DNA from: an uncultured Rhodoferax sp.
Lineage (GTDB): Bacteria > Pseudomonadota > Gammaproteobacteria > Burkholderiales > Burkholderiaceae_C
Assembly: GCA_964468905.1 (NCBI GenBank)
Contig: CAYXWW010000001.1
Location: forward strand, 1,343-65,342
Length of the DNA: 64,000 nucleotides
Direction of reading: 5' to 3'
A program made the translations under genes and the position numbers. Numbering within the stretch: the first letter of the stretch is position 1; every line of letters starts with the position of its first letter. Below, piece after piece: positions 9,301 to 18,641 of the stretch. The notes below the pieces were generated by a model that saw only the letters and a list, made by a program, of their open reading frames with translations, had not been told where the DNA came from and did no database searches.

Positions 9301-11286
9301 TTAGTTTGCAGAGGAGCCTTGGGTGGTTTGCGGCGCGCACCAAATGCGGTTTGCAATGTCAAGCTGAAAGACCATCGGTTGCTTCACGCCCCAGTGGGTG
9401 CTTTGTATGGTGAGATTGGGATTGTAGTAAGGGTCGCATTGGGCCAACGTCGCGCGCCATTTTTGTACGAACTTTGCAGAATCTGCGGGGTGTGGATCTT
9501 CTTTGGCTTTGCCGCGCGTGTACGACTCATGGTGTACCAGTTCTGCTTGCGCGCAATACAAAATGCGATAACCGGCTTCCCGAACACGCAAACACAGATC
9601 GACGTCGCCAAAGCCTACAGCTAAGTCTTCGTCATAGCCACCAACAAAATCAAACACGTCCTTGCGTATCAAAGCACAAGCTGCAGTGACTGCAGACATT
9701 TCATGGTTTGTGATCAACGCTGCGTGGTAGCCTGGCGCAGGTGAGCCGTCTTCTGCCACGGCATCTGCGAACTTCCCGTAGTGTTCGGCAATGCCATACA
9801 TACCAACGCAAACGCCAGCGTGCTGTATAGATTTGCGGTCTGGGTAGAGGAGTTTGGCGCCGACCATACCTACGTCGTGCATTTGGCCTAAGCCCATCAT
9901 TCTCTCTAACCAACCGTCGTGAATGGCCTCGATATCGTTGTTGCAGAACAAGTAGTGCGAGTAATCGCCTTCCAATTGGGCAACTGCCCAATTGTTGATG
10001 GCAGAGAAATTGAAAGGTCCGGCATAGCGCAGAAGGGTATGGCTTGTGGATAGCTGAGCAAAGTAGGTGATCGACTCCGGGTCATCGGATGCGTGGTCAA
10101 TGACCACAATGTCATACGCTACATGTCTGACCGTTTGTGCGATGCTGTCAATGCACTGGCGAACCAAGTCTCCGCAGTTTTTGGTTGGGATAATGATCGC
10201 AACTTTCAAAGCCTCGCGAAGTGGGTACTGCACGTCAAAAGTATTGAAAGATGATCCATCCTCCACCAGCCCGATGACACCCCGCCGCTCAAGATGGCGT
10301 TCAATCGCAATGCGAGATTCCGCCATTGCCTGCCCTCTTTCTTTGTGCGACAGCGGCTGAATCGGTTGACGCCAAATCGTGAGGGCCTCTGGAATGTGCG
10401 CAATTTTTTTGGCAGCGTCTACCGCTCGTAAAGTCAAGTCATAACGGCTTGCATATTCCAGTGATTGGTCAATGCCACCTATCTTTCTGAGCACTTCGGT
10501 GTTGGCGACCAGCATGTGGTCGATATATGGATGTGCGCGCAGGTACTCTAAAGAGAACGCTGGCCGATAGTTGTGTCCAACCAACTGGTAGCCGTTGTGT
10601 GACGCAATTGCTTCATCTGCGTAAATGAGGTCCGGGCCATCTTGCCCAATGCATTGGGCAATCCGGAACAATGCCTGCGGTTCCAGTACGGCGCCACAAT
10701 CGAGCAGCATCGTGTAGAGGCCGTGGGCCATTCCAAGGTCCATGGCAATACTGGAGGATGGTTGAGTTGCCGTGTTTGTTACTGATGTGCTGATGCGCGC
10801 ATCATTGGGCGCGATGTCATCGATGATCTTGCGGGTGGCATTCAGTGCAGATGATTCAACAGCAATGCACAGCTCCCAATTCTCATAGACCTGAGCCACG
10901 ATTGACCGGACTAATTCCGGTAGTGAAGATTTGCGCGTCGAATCGACCGTTGTGAAAATGGATACCAGCGGTTGACCCGACATGCCTTGCATGTGTTTAA
11001 AAACCCCCAGAATAGCATTTGAGTCAAAAGATTTCAGATATTGATTGGACCAGAGGCGCTGGTAGTCCATTTCAAATGGCAGGCGCCGGACGACCTCTCT
11101 TGCTAGGGTCCATCCATTGCTCCGCCATGCTCGAGCTACGTGTTGAATGTTGGAAAAAGTGGCACTGGGAGTTCCCAAAAATGGGCGCAAATAGAAAAAT
11201 ACCTTGTGTGAGTGGATGATGATGGCTTTGGCCAAACGCACCGGACCGCGCAGAGGCCAGCGGTTCAAATATTCTTTGTACGTCAT
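9301..11286 (-). CDS. Two-domain GT2 glycosyltransferase (first domain degenerate)
   Basis: C-terminal GT2: IIIPTKN, FNFSAINN, NNDIE, SAVTAACAL, DVDLCLR. N-terminal GT2 has LLDCG in place of DxD. ATGA overlap with the upstream gene. Confidence 0.88.
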   Translation of the reverse strand: MTYKEYLNRWPLRGPVRLAKAIIIHSHKVFFYLRPFLGTPSATFSNIQHVARAWRSNGWTLAREVVRRLPFEMDYQRLWSNQYLKSFDSNAILGVFKHMQGMSGQPLVSIFTTVDSTRKSSLPELVRSIVAQVYENWELCIAVESSALNATRKIIDDIAPNDARISTSVTNTATQPSSSIAMDLGMAHGLYTMLLDCGAVLEPQALFRIAQCIGQDGPDLIYADEAIASHNGYQLVGHNYRPAFSLEYLRAHPYIDHMLVANTEVLRKIGGIDQSLEYASRYDLTLRAVDAAKKIAHIPEALTIWRQPIQPLSHKERGQAMAESRIAIERHLERRGVIGLVEDGSSFNTFDVQYPLREALKVAIIIPTKNCGDLVRQCIDSIAQTVRHVAYDIVVIDHASDDPESITYFAQLSTSHTLLRYAGPFNFSAINNWAVAQLEGDYSHYLFCNNDIEAIHDGWLERMMGLGQMHDVGMVGAKLLYPDRKSIQHAGVCVGMYGIAEHYGKFADAVAEDGSPAPGYHAALITNHEMSAVTAACALIRKDVFDFVGGYDEDLAVGFGDVDLCLRVREAGYRILYCAQAELVHHESYTRGKAKEDPHPADSAKFVQKWRATLAQCDPYYNPNLTIQSTHWGVKQPMVFQLDIANRIWCAPQTTQGSSAN

Positions 11287-12815
11287 TCGGTTTTTCCAGC
11301 GCGCCGATTGCCGCGTAAGGCAGAGATGAGAGAGCGGATCGGGCCAGTTACCTTCCACGACGTAGAATTTTGCAATGCCTCCATGCGATTGGTAAGTGCA
11401 TGGATGTGTGCCAATTGTCTCGACGATGTTTGCGATAGTTCCGTTATTTCATTGCGTAAACCTGCTATTTGAGTAGCAAACTCCTCGGTAGTCTGGAATT
11501 GCAATCGTTCTGGTTCTGATGGTGTCGTAGCGCGCGCGGCGTTGGTGTTCGGTATATGTTCTATTGCGGTGTGCTTGGCAATCTGCGACGAGAAGCCTTG
11601 GGCGACAGGCTGATTGGGGTCGTTCAAAAAAATGCATCCGCCCTCGAACAGCGATCGTTCAAATAAGACAGGGCTTTCCGATTGAAAACCGGCGTCTGGG
11701 TGTTGGTCTACCGATTCGACCTCGGCACGCACGGCCCTTGCCGCGCTGCCACGAATTGCAGTGACGAGCAGGGCCAGGCCATCTGGGAGCAGCTGACTGC
11801 CGTCGTCCAAAATCATCAGATATTTGCCGGTCGACTGCCGCATGGCAGCATTGGTTCTAGCGGCAAGGGAGTCCTCGGCATCTGACTGCATGGCGGTCAT
11901 TGGGAATCTGCCGCAGGTTGGTGGCAGACTTGTTGATACCTTCGCATCAGCCGTTGTTACGATGACTTCGACATTGCTATACGTCTGCAAGGCTACTGAG
12001 TCCAGCGCGCTATTTGGTATGCCCGAGCCTCGACTGCAAATAATGACGCTTACCAATGGCACATCACTTGGCACCATCACGAGTCCCAGGCTTCGTTGTC
12101 TTTGGTATTCTGACTCGTAGACTTCTAGAGGGGCGGTGGCCAATTCGTCGCGTTGCAAGACGCGATAGGCTTCTGCTGCGTGAACTTGGGGCCCCAATGT
12201 GTAGCTGCGGAATCGGTTCAAGGCTTGTATCTGCTGGTCGTAAGCCTGCCCTTGCAACTGGGATTCAAAGCAGGCCATGGCGCGCTGCTTTGTTTCAACC
12301 AAATCGCTGATGTCCAGCATGAAATTCGGTCGCGGCATGGGTACACCAACCTCATACATTACGAGTTTGGTTGACGAGCGGGTGCGTCGTACGGCTTCCA
12401 GAGCTGCCATGCCTAATACGCGATGGTCCGGGTGCATCTCATAAATGGAAGGCGCAAATACGCCATCGGGTTTAAAAGCATCAATCGCGTCCACTATGCG
12501 CAGCACCAACGGCTCGCCGTACTCCAGCCCTCGATCAGGCAGACTCCAAAAGTCCGGGTTCCCGTAGCCCAGAATATTGCCGGCCCTGCGACTTTCATCT
12601 TGCCTGGTAGCGGCATAGGCCTGCGTGTCAGAGCTGTGCTGCTGAAAATCGCCACCTGTCACCACAATGACATGCGATGAACCACCTTCAGCAACTTGCC
12701 GCACAATGGCGCCGCCGCATCCAAATACTTCATCGTCCGGATGTGGGGCAAGGACCAAAATGCGGCCCATGCCAAAACTGGGTGTCGCCTGATACGGAAT
12801 GAGCCGATCTTCCAT
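11283..12815 (-). CDS. PIG-L/LmbE deacetylase fused to a degenerate GT2 domain and coiled coil
   Basis: APHPDDEVFGCGG and HPDH metal motifs; then PLVSVII..ALDSVALQTYSNVEVIV; coiled coil ending NSTSWKVTGPIR. Confidence 0.88.
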   Translation of the reverse strand: MEDRLIPYQATPSFGMGRILVLAPHPDDEVFGCGGAIVRQVAEGGSSHVIVVTGGDFQQHSSDTQAYAATRQDESRRAGNILGYGNPDFWSLPDRGLEYGEPLVLRIVDAIDAFKPDGVFAPSIYEMHPDHRVLGMAALEAVRRTRSSTKLVMYEVGVPMPRPNFMLDISDLVETKQRAMACFESQLQGQAYDQQIQALNRFRSYTLGPQVHAAEAYRVLQRDELATAPLEVYESEYQRQRSLGLVMVPSDVPLVSVIICSRGSGIPNSALDSVALQTYSNVEVIVTTADAKVSTSLPPTCGRFPMTAMQSDAEDSLAARTNAAMRQSTGKYLMILDDGSQLLPDGLALLVTAIRGSAARAVRAEVESVDQHPDAGFQSESPVLFERSLFEGGCIFLNDPNQPVAQGFSSQIAKHTAIEHIPNTNAARATTPSEPERLQFQTTEEFATQIAGLRNEITELSQTSSRQLAHIHALTNRMEALQNSTSWKVTGPIRSLISALRGNRRAGKTE

Positions 12816-12858
12816 CTTCGCCTTCGTTTACAAGCTAGTTTAAAATCCGCTTTTCCCT

Positions 12859-14562
12859 TTGGAACCCATCAAGTTGAGCAAACGTCTAGGCGAAATTTTA
12901 ATTGAGCGCAACAAGTTGGACGCCACCAACCTAGAGCGCGCATTGCGCCTGCAAGAGTCGGCCAACGGTGAGCGCCTAGGGTCACTGCTGATTCGCTCCG
13001 GCTTTGCGGCGGAGCGTGACGTTGTCGACGCATTGTCGGTTCAAATGGATGTGCCGGTGGTAGCCGCATCCGAATATCCAGAGCTTCCCGTGTTGGAAGA
13101 GCGCGTTGCAGTCCGATTCATCAAAGAGTCCAAGGCTTTGCCTTTGCACGAAGATACAGATCATCTTGTGCTGGCCATGGACAATCCGATGGATGGCTAT
13201 GTGGTCAACGCCTACCACTTGGTTACACAGCGCAAAATTGTCGTGCGTTTGGCGGTCCCCTCTGAGCTGGACTCCGCCTTTGAGCGCCTTTATGGCAGCG
13301 GTAAAACTTCAATGGACCAAATCGTTGGCGACGTGGAGACGCGCGACGACGAAGGTGGCAATGAAGACCTTCAGCAGCTCAAAGAGTTGGCATCAGAAGC
13401 GCCCATTATTCGTTTGGTCAGTCTCATCATCAGCCATGCGCTGGAAGCCCGTGCGTCTGACATCCACATTGAACCGTTCGAAAACCGATTGATCGTGCGC
13501 TATCGAGTTGACGGCGTTATGCACGAGGTTGAGTCGCCTCCCCGCAGGTTCTCGGCTGCCGTGATTTCGCGCATCAAAATCATGGCCAGTTTGGATATTG
13601 CGGAACGTCGCCTCCCGCAAGATGGCCGCATCAAGCTGCGCCTGCAAGGTAAGGAAATTGACCTTCGCGTATCAACTGTGCCGACCATGCATGGCGAAAG
13701 CGTTGTCATGCGTATTCTGGACAAAAGCGGCACATCGCTGGACTTTGTAACGCTGGGCTTTGATTCTGAAGTGCTCAAGCGCTTTGAACAAGTGCTAATG
13801 CAACCGCACGGCATTGTTCTGGTTACCGGGCCAACCGGGTCAGGCAAGACCACCACGCTGTATACGGCACTGGACAAACTCAACAAGCCAGATATCAAAA
13901 TCCTTACCGTGGAAGACCCGGTTGAGTACCAGATGGAAGGCATCAACCAGATACAGGTCAAGCCCCAAATTGGGCTCACCTTTGCCAATGCTTTGCGTTC
14001 CATCGTGCGTCAAGATCCAGACGTGATCATGATCGGTGAAATCCGTGATTTGGAGACCGCACAAATTGCCGTTCAGTCTGCCCTTACGGGTCACATGGTG
14101 CTCTCCACACTGCACACCAACGACGCGGCCAGCACCATCAACCGCTTGTTAGACATGGGCATGGATGACTACTTGCTCACGTCCACCGTCAATGGCATCT
14201 TGGCACAGCGCCTGGTCCGTACACTGTGCACGCAGTGCCGGGAGTCCTACACGGCGTTGCCAGAGGTGGTGCAAGAAATGCAACTCGAACGGTATACAAC
14301 GGTCAAACCTGTCAGGTTGTACCGCCCGGTTGGCTGTACAGCGTGCGGCAGTACGGGCTATACCGGTCGAGTCAGCATCGTAGAGCTACTGGCCATGTCA
14401 GACACCATTCGTGGCATGGTCATGCGCCATGTCACAGCCGGTGAAGTTCGCCAGCAGGCAATTGCCGAGGGTATGCAAACCATGTATGAGAATGGCCTTG
14501 CAAAGGCTGTGGCCGGCGTGACGACGATTGAAGAAGTTTTGCGCGTCACGCGGGAGGACTAA
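12859..14562 (+). CDS. gspE: Type II secretion ATPase GspE with N-terminal MshEN-like domain
   Basis: ASDIHIEP, LDIAERRLPQDGRI, GPTGSGKTTT, RQDPDVIMIGEIRD, CxxC...CxxC; TTG start. Confidence 0.96.
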   Translation: MEPIKLSKRLGEILIERNKLDATNLERALRLQESANGERLGSLLIRSGFAAERDVVDALSVQMDVPVVAASEYPELPVLEERVAVRFIKESKALPLHEDTDHLVLAMDNPMDGYVVNAYHLVTQRKIVVRLAVPSELDSAFERLYGSGKTSMDQIVGDVETRDDEGGNEDLQQLKELASEAPIIRLVSLIISHALEARASDIHIEPFENRLIVRYRVDGVMHEVESPPRRFSAAVISRIKIMASLDIAERRLPQDGRIKLRLQGKEIDLRVSTVPTMHGESVVMRILDKSGTSLDFVTLGFDSEVLKRFEQVLMQPHGIVLVTGPTGSGKTTTLYTALDKLNKPDIKILTVEDPVEYQMEGINQIQVKPQIGLTFANALRSIVRQDPDVIMIGEIRDLETAQIAVQSALTGHMVLSTLHTNDAASTINRLLDMGMDDYLLTSTVNGILAQRLVRTLCTQCRESYTALPEVVQEMQLERYTTVKPVRLYRPVGCTACGSTGYTGRVSIVELLAMSDTIRGMVMRHVTAGEVRQQAIAEGMQTMYENGLAKAVAGVTTIEEVLRVTRED

Positions 14563-14565
14563 CTC

Positions 14566-15786
14566 TTGCCACTCTATCGCTACAAGGCGGTTACGCCAAC
14601 CGGAGAGACCCAAGAAGGTGACATGGATGGTGCGATGCAGTCCGCCGTGGTGGAGCGATTGCAAAGCATGGGCTTTATCCCGATTCGGGTTGAAGAGACG
14701 TCTACCCGGATGGCAGTTGCAACCCATAGCAATGGGTTCTTTAGCAAAGACCGGGTTACCCAGGACGATGTGGCGGTATTCACCCAAGAAATTGCGACGC
14801 TGCTCAAAGCTGGGCTGCCGCTGGACCGTTGCCTTGAAATTCTGATCGGACTGTCAGCCAACGAGCCCGTTCGCCAGCTCATGAACCAACTGCGTGAGGA
14901 TGTACGCGGTGGTATGGCCTTGTCAGCGGCTATGGAGGCGCGGCCCGGTGTTTTTACCCGCTTCTATCTCAATATGATCCGTGCAGGCGAGGCCGGGGGG
15001 GCACTGGATGCGGTGTTGCAACGTTTGACCGAATTCATGGAGCGCTCCAAGGAGTTGCGCGAGACCGTCAAATCAGCACTCATCTACCCTGCCATCTTGG
15101 TGGGAGTGGCGGTGTTGTCGGTGGCCATCTTGCTCATGTGGGTCGTGCCGCAGTTTTCTCAAATGTTTGAAGAGTCGGGCAAAGCATTGCCTATGCCCAC
15201 GCAAATCGTAATCGCCGCAGGCGACGGCGTGCGCAACTATTGGTGGCTCATGCTGTTGGTGGCGTTTGGTGTCTATTCGTGGTTTGCCCGGCAGATGCGC
15301 GAACCGGCTTCTCGATACCGTTGGGACCGGCGGATACTTCAATTGCCTTTGGTAGGCGATTTGGTTGGCAAGTTGGAAGTGGCTCGGTTCTCCCGCACGC
15401 TGGGTACGCTCATTGGCAATGGGGTGACTTTGCTGGCAGCACTGTCCATCGTCAAAGAAACTTTGAACAACACGGTCATGTCAAAGGCGTTGACCGATGT
15501 CGCAACCCAGCTCAAAGAAGGCAAGGGCTTGGGCAAGCCGCTCATGGAAACAGAGCTATTCCCCAAGCTGGCGGTACACTTGGTCATGGTCGGTGAGGAG
15601 ACTGGCAAGCTGCAGGAAATGCTGATCCGCATTGCCGATATTTACGACCGCGAGGTGCATAGTGCCGTTAAACGCTTGCTGGCGCTCATGGAGCCTGTAC
15701 TTATTTTGGGCCTTGGCCTTGTCATTGGCGGCATCATCATGTCCATTCTGGTTGCAATACTGAGTGTGAATGATTTGACGATGTAG
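14566..15786 (+). CDS. gspF: Type II secretion inner-membrane platform protein GspF
   Basis: LLKAGLPLD, GEAGGALD, ALIYP, GEETGKL; TTG start after GGAGGA. Confidence 0.95.
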   Translation: MPLYRYKAVTPTGETQEGDMDGAMQSAVVERLQSMGFIPIRVEETSTRMAVATHSNGFFSKDRVTQDDVAVFTQEIATLLKAGLPLDRCLEILIGLSANEPVRQLMNQLREDVRGGMALSAAMEARPGVFTRFYLNMIRAGEAGGALDAVLQRLTEFMERSKELRETVKSALIYPAILVGVAVLSVAILLMWVVPQFSQMFEESGKALPMPTQIVIAAGDGVRNYWWLMLLVAFGVYSWFARQMREPASRYRWDRRILQLPLVGDLVGKLEVARFSRTLGTLIGNGVTLLAALSIVKETLNNTVMSKALTDVATQLKEGKGLGKPLMETELFPKLAVHLVMVGEETGKLQEMLIRIADIYDREVHSAVKRLLALMEPVLILGLGLVIGGIIMSILVAILSVNDLTM

Positions 15787-15822
15787 TTAGCCAATCCAAC
15801 CTTATTTTTGGAGAACGTATCG

Positions 15823-16263
15823 ATGGTAAGCAAGCAATCTGACTCACGTAAACGTGGTTTCACGTTGATCGAGCTATTGGTGGTATTGGTCATTTTGGGG
15901 CTGTTGGCAAGCGTTGCAGGGCCCAAGGTTCTAGGTTACTTGGGCGGTGCCAAATCGGACACAGCCAGGCTTCAGATTGAGGAGTTTGGTGCGAGTTTGG
16001 ACCTCTTTAAGTTGGAGACTGGGCGTTACCCAACTACTCAAGAAAGTTTGCAGGCGCTGGTGCAGCAACCTGCGGGCTTGGTGGGATGGAACGGCCCTTA
16101 CCTTAAAAAGAAAACCTTGCCCAAAGACCCGTGGGGCAATGACTACCGCTATACATCCCCTGGTCAACACGGACTTTATGACATTAGCTCCCTCGGAGCT
16201 GATAACAAAGAAGGTGGTGACGGTGAGAACAAGGATATCAACGGTTGGGAAGACAAGAAATAA
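15823..16263 (+). CDS. gspG: Major pseudopilin GspG
   Basis: GFTLIELLVVL prepilin motif, FKLETGRYPT, WNGPYL, PKDPWG. Confidence 0.96.
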   Translation: MVSKQSDSRKRGFTLIELLVVLVILGLLASVAGPKVLGYLGGAKSDTARLQIEEFGASLDLFKLETGRYPTTQESLQALVQQPAGLVGWNGPYLKKKTLPKDPWGNDYRYTSPGQHGLYDISSLGADNKEGGDGENKDINGWEDKK

Positions 16264-16706
16264 GCTCGCCCAACCAGGCAGGGTTTACTTTAATTGAACT
16301 CCTGGTAGTGTTGGTCATTATGGCGCTGGCGTATACGTTGGCGTCACCCTTGATTTCGTCTGGATCTTCTGGTGCGGAGCTCAAGGCATCGGCGCGCCAA
16401 TTGGCGGCTGGCCTGCGCAAAGCGCGTAGCGATGCTGTGGCTAGACGGCATGAAACCACGTTAACCGTAGACGTTGAGGCGCACCAATTTCAGCTCAGCA
16501 GTGATCAACGCTCGTACCGTTTGCCAAAAAGTGTTGCTATACAGCTCTTTACAGCGCAGAGCGAGCTGATGAATGGTGGCGCCGGCGCCATTCGGTTTTT
16601 CCCAGACGGCGGGTCCACGGGTGGTCGTATCTCGGTGACATCGCATGCCCGCAAATACGAGGTGGATGTCAACTGGCTCACGGGCCAGGTGGTCATCCTG
16701 GATTAG
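16245..16706 (+). CDS. gspH: Minor pseudopilin GspH
   Basis: GFTLIELLVVL; IRFFPDGGSTGG; VNWLTGQV. Start uncertain. Confidence 0.9.
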   Translation: MGRQEISSPNQAGFTLIELLVVLVIMALAYTLASPLISSGSSGAELKASARQLAAGLRKARSDAVARRHETTLTVDVEAHQFQLSSDQRSYRLPKSVAIQLFTAQSELMNGGAGAIRFFPDGGSTGGRISVTSHARKYEVDVNWLTGQVVILD

Positions 16707-16708
16707 CC

Positions 16709-17101
16709 ATGCGCAGAACTAGCCGGGGCATGACGCTCATCGAAGTGCTGGTCGCCTTCGTTGTGCTGTCGCTCACCATGGCCGTAATTTTTCAGATTTT
16801 TGCAGGCGGCATGCGAAATGCCCGCTTGTCCAACGGCTATAGCCGCGCGGTTTTTCTGGCGGAGTCCAAGCTTGCCGCAGCGGGGGTTGAGCGACCGTTA
16901 GTCATGGGGGGCACTAGCGGGCAGGCGGGGCCTCATATTCAGTGGCGCGTCGACATCACACCCGTCGATGACGGAAATTCAACCGAGCAACAATTGATGT
17001 TCATGCGCCTGTACCAGGTTCGCGCTTGGGTAGGTTGGGCGGAGGATGGACATGAGCGCCACATCGAACTGGAGACGCTCAAGTTGGGGCCTCGCCAATG
17101 A
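16709..17101 (+). CDS. gspI: Minor pseudopilin GspI
   Basis: GMTLIEVLVAF prepilin motif; position in the operon. Confidence 0.88.
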   Translation: MRRTSRGMTLIEVLVAFVVLSLTMAVIFQIFAGGMRNARLSNGYSRAVFLAESKLAAAGVERPLVMGGTSGQAGPHIQWRVDITPVDDGNSTEQQLMFMRLYQVRAWVGWAEDGHERHIELETLKLGPRQ

Positions 17102-17754
17102 ACGTTCCTTTGCAGCGACGCTCGTCTGCCCACAGCGGCTTCACGCTGCTTGAACTGCTGATATCCATCACGTTGTTGGGGCTAATTCTCGTTTTGTTGT
17201 TCGGCGGATTGCGTCTGGGTGTACGCAGTTGGGACGCGGTTCAAAGGCAAGTTGACAACCTGAACTCGGTACGTTCGATCGAAGGGTTTTTGCGCACGCA
17301 AATGGAAAAGGCGTACCCCTACACTTGGAAAGCAATACCAACTGCTCAACTCGCATTTCTGGGTGAGCGCAACAAGGTGCAGTTTGTCTCCGAAATGCCG
17401 CAGCGCATTGGCAGTGGTGGTTTGTTTGCGGTGTCCCTTGAAATAGAACAGACGAATGCAGGTCGTCGGCTGCTTTGGCGCTATATACCTGTTAGTGCTG
17501 AAATGAAGGATTTCTCGACACTCGAGCAGGCCAAAGAAATGGTACTGGCTGGCGCGGAGTTGAGCGCCATTGATGAAATAGGCCTCTCCTACTTGGGGCG
17601 GGAAAATCCTGCTTCGGAGCCGGCGTGGTCTGATCGTTGGGACAGTAAAGTTACACTTCCTTTGTTGATCCGCATTCACGTGCGGCTGGCAGATGGCACT
17701 GACTGGCCCGATTTCGTGGTCGCGCCCCAATTGACTTCCGGAGTGCCGCGATGA
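17098..17754 (+). CDS. gspJ: Minor pseudopilin GspJ
   Basis: GFTLLELLISI; C-terminal W...LPLLIRI...WP. Confidence 0.88.
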   Translation: MNVPLQRRSSAHSGFTLLELLISITLLGLILVLLFGGLRLGVRSWDAVQRQVDNLNSVRSIEGFLRTQMEKAYPYTWKAIPTAQLAFLGERNKVQFVSEMPQRIGSGGLFAVSLEIEQTNAGRRLLWRYIPVSAEMKDFSTLEQAKEMVLAGAELSAIDEIGLSYLGRENPASEPAWSDRWDSKVTLPLLIRIHVRLADGTDWPDFVVAPQLTSGVPR

Positions 17755-18641
17755 GGCGAAAACAGCGGGGCATTGCCCTCGTTTTGGTGCTCTGGGTCAT
17801 CACTCTGCTGGCGGTGATTGCTGGCAACTTTGCTTTTAGTATGCGCGGCGAGGCCAAGATCGCGCGCAATCTGCTTTCCACCGCACAGGCCAAGGCGCAA
17901 GCCGATGCGGGTATTCATAGGGCATGGTATGAATTGCTGAAATCACCCAATGACCTGCAGCGCTGGAAGGGTGATGGCGTGGCCCACGAAATTGCTTTGC
18001 CAGAGGCAGAACTGCGGGTCACCATCCAGGATGAGTCTGGTAAAATTAATCTGAACACTGCGTCTGAGCCACTGCTCAAAGGGCTCTTCAGGTCCGCTGG
18101 TTTGAGCGAGGATGCCAGTGTCGCGCTGATTGATGCCGTAGTAGATTGGCGCGATGCAGACAAACTAAAAAGGCTTCATGGGGCAGAGGAAGAGGACTAT
18201 CGTGCAGCCGGTAAAAGTTACGTTCCTTCCAACGCCGCATTCGAAACGGTCAATGAACTGCGACGCGTCTTGGGTATGTCGCCCGAGGTGTATCGCGTGA
18301 TTGCTCCAGCATTGACAATTTACTCCCAGCTGCCTGGTATTAATTCGGCGGCCGCGCCGCGTGAAGTTCTCTTGGCATTGCCTGGCGTGAATCCTGCCCA
18401 GGTTGAGCAGTATTTGGTGCAGCGAGAAAGCCAGCTTGCTAGTGGGCAAAACGCCCTGCCGTTTGCAGGAACCGGTGCTTTTGAGTCGCCCTCTGCCGGA
18501 CTTTCAGCTTTTTCGATTCGCAGCGCGGTCAAAATGGCGGATGGAACAATGTTTGCACGGCAAGCGATTGTGCGGCGGTCGCAGGATGCCAAACACCCCC
18601 TGGTGGTGCTGGCGTGGGGTGAGGGCGATGCCGAGCAATGA
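17751..18641 (+). CDS. gspK: Minor pseudopilin GspK
   Basis: QRGIALVLVLW, IQDESGKINLN, DWRDAD, ELRRVLGM. Confidence 0.92.
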   Translation: MRRKQRGIALVLVLWVITLLAVIAGNFAFSMRGEAKIARNLLSTAQAKAQADAGIHRAWYELLKSPNDLQRWKGDGVAHEIALPEAELRVTIQDESGKINLNTASEPLLKGLFRSAGLSEDASVALIDAVVDWRDADKLKRLHGAEEEDYRAAGKSYVPSNAAFETVNELRRVLGMSPEVYRVIAPALTIYSQLPGINSAAAPREVLLALPGVNPAQVEQYLVQRESQLASGQNALPFAGTGAFESPSAGLSAFSIRSAVKMADGTMFARQAIVRRSQDAKHPLVVLAWGEGDAEQ

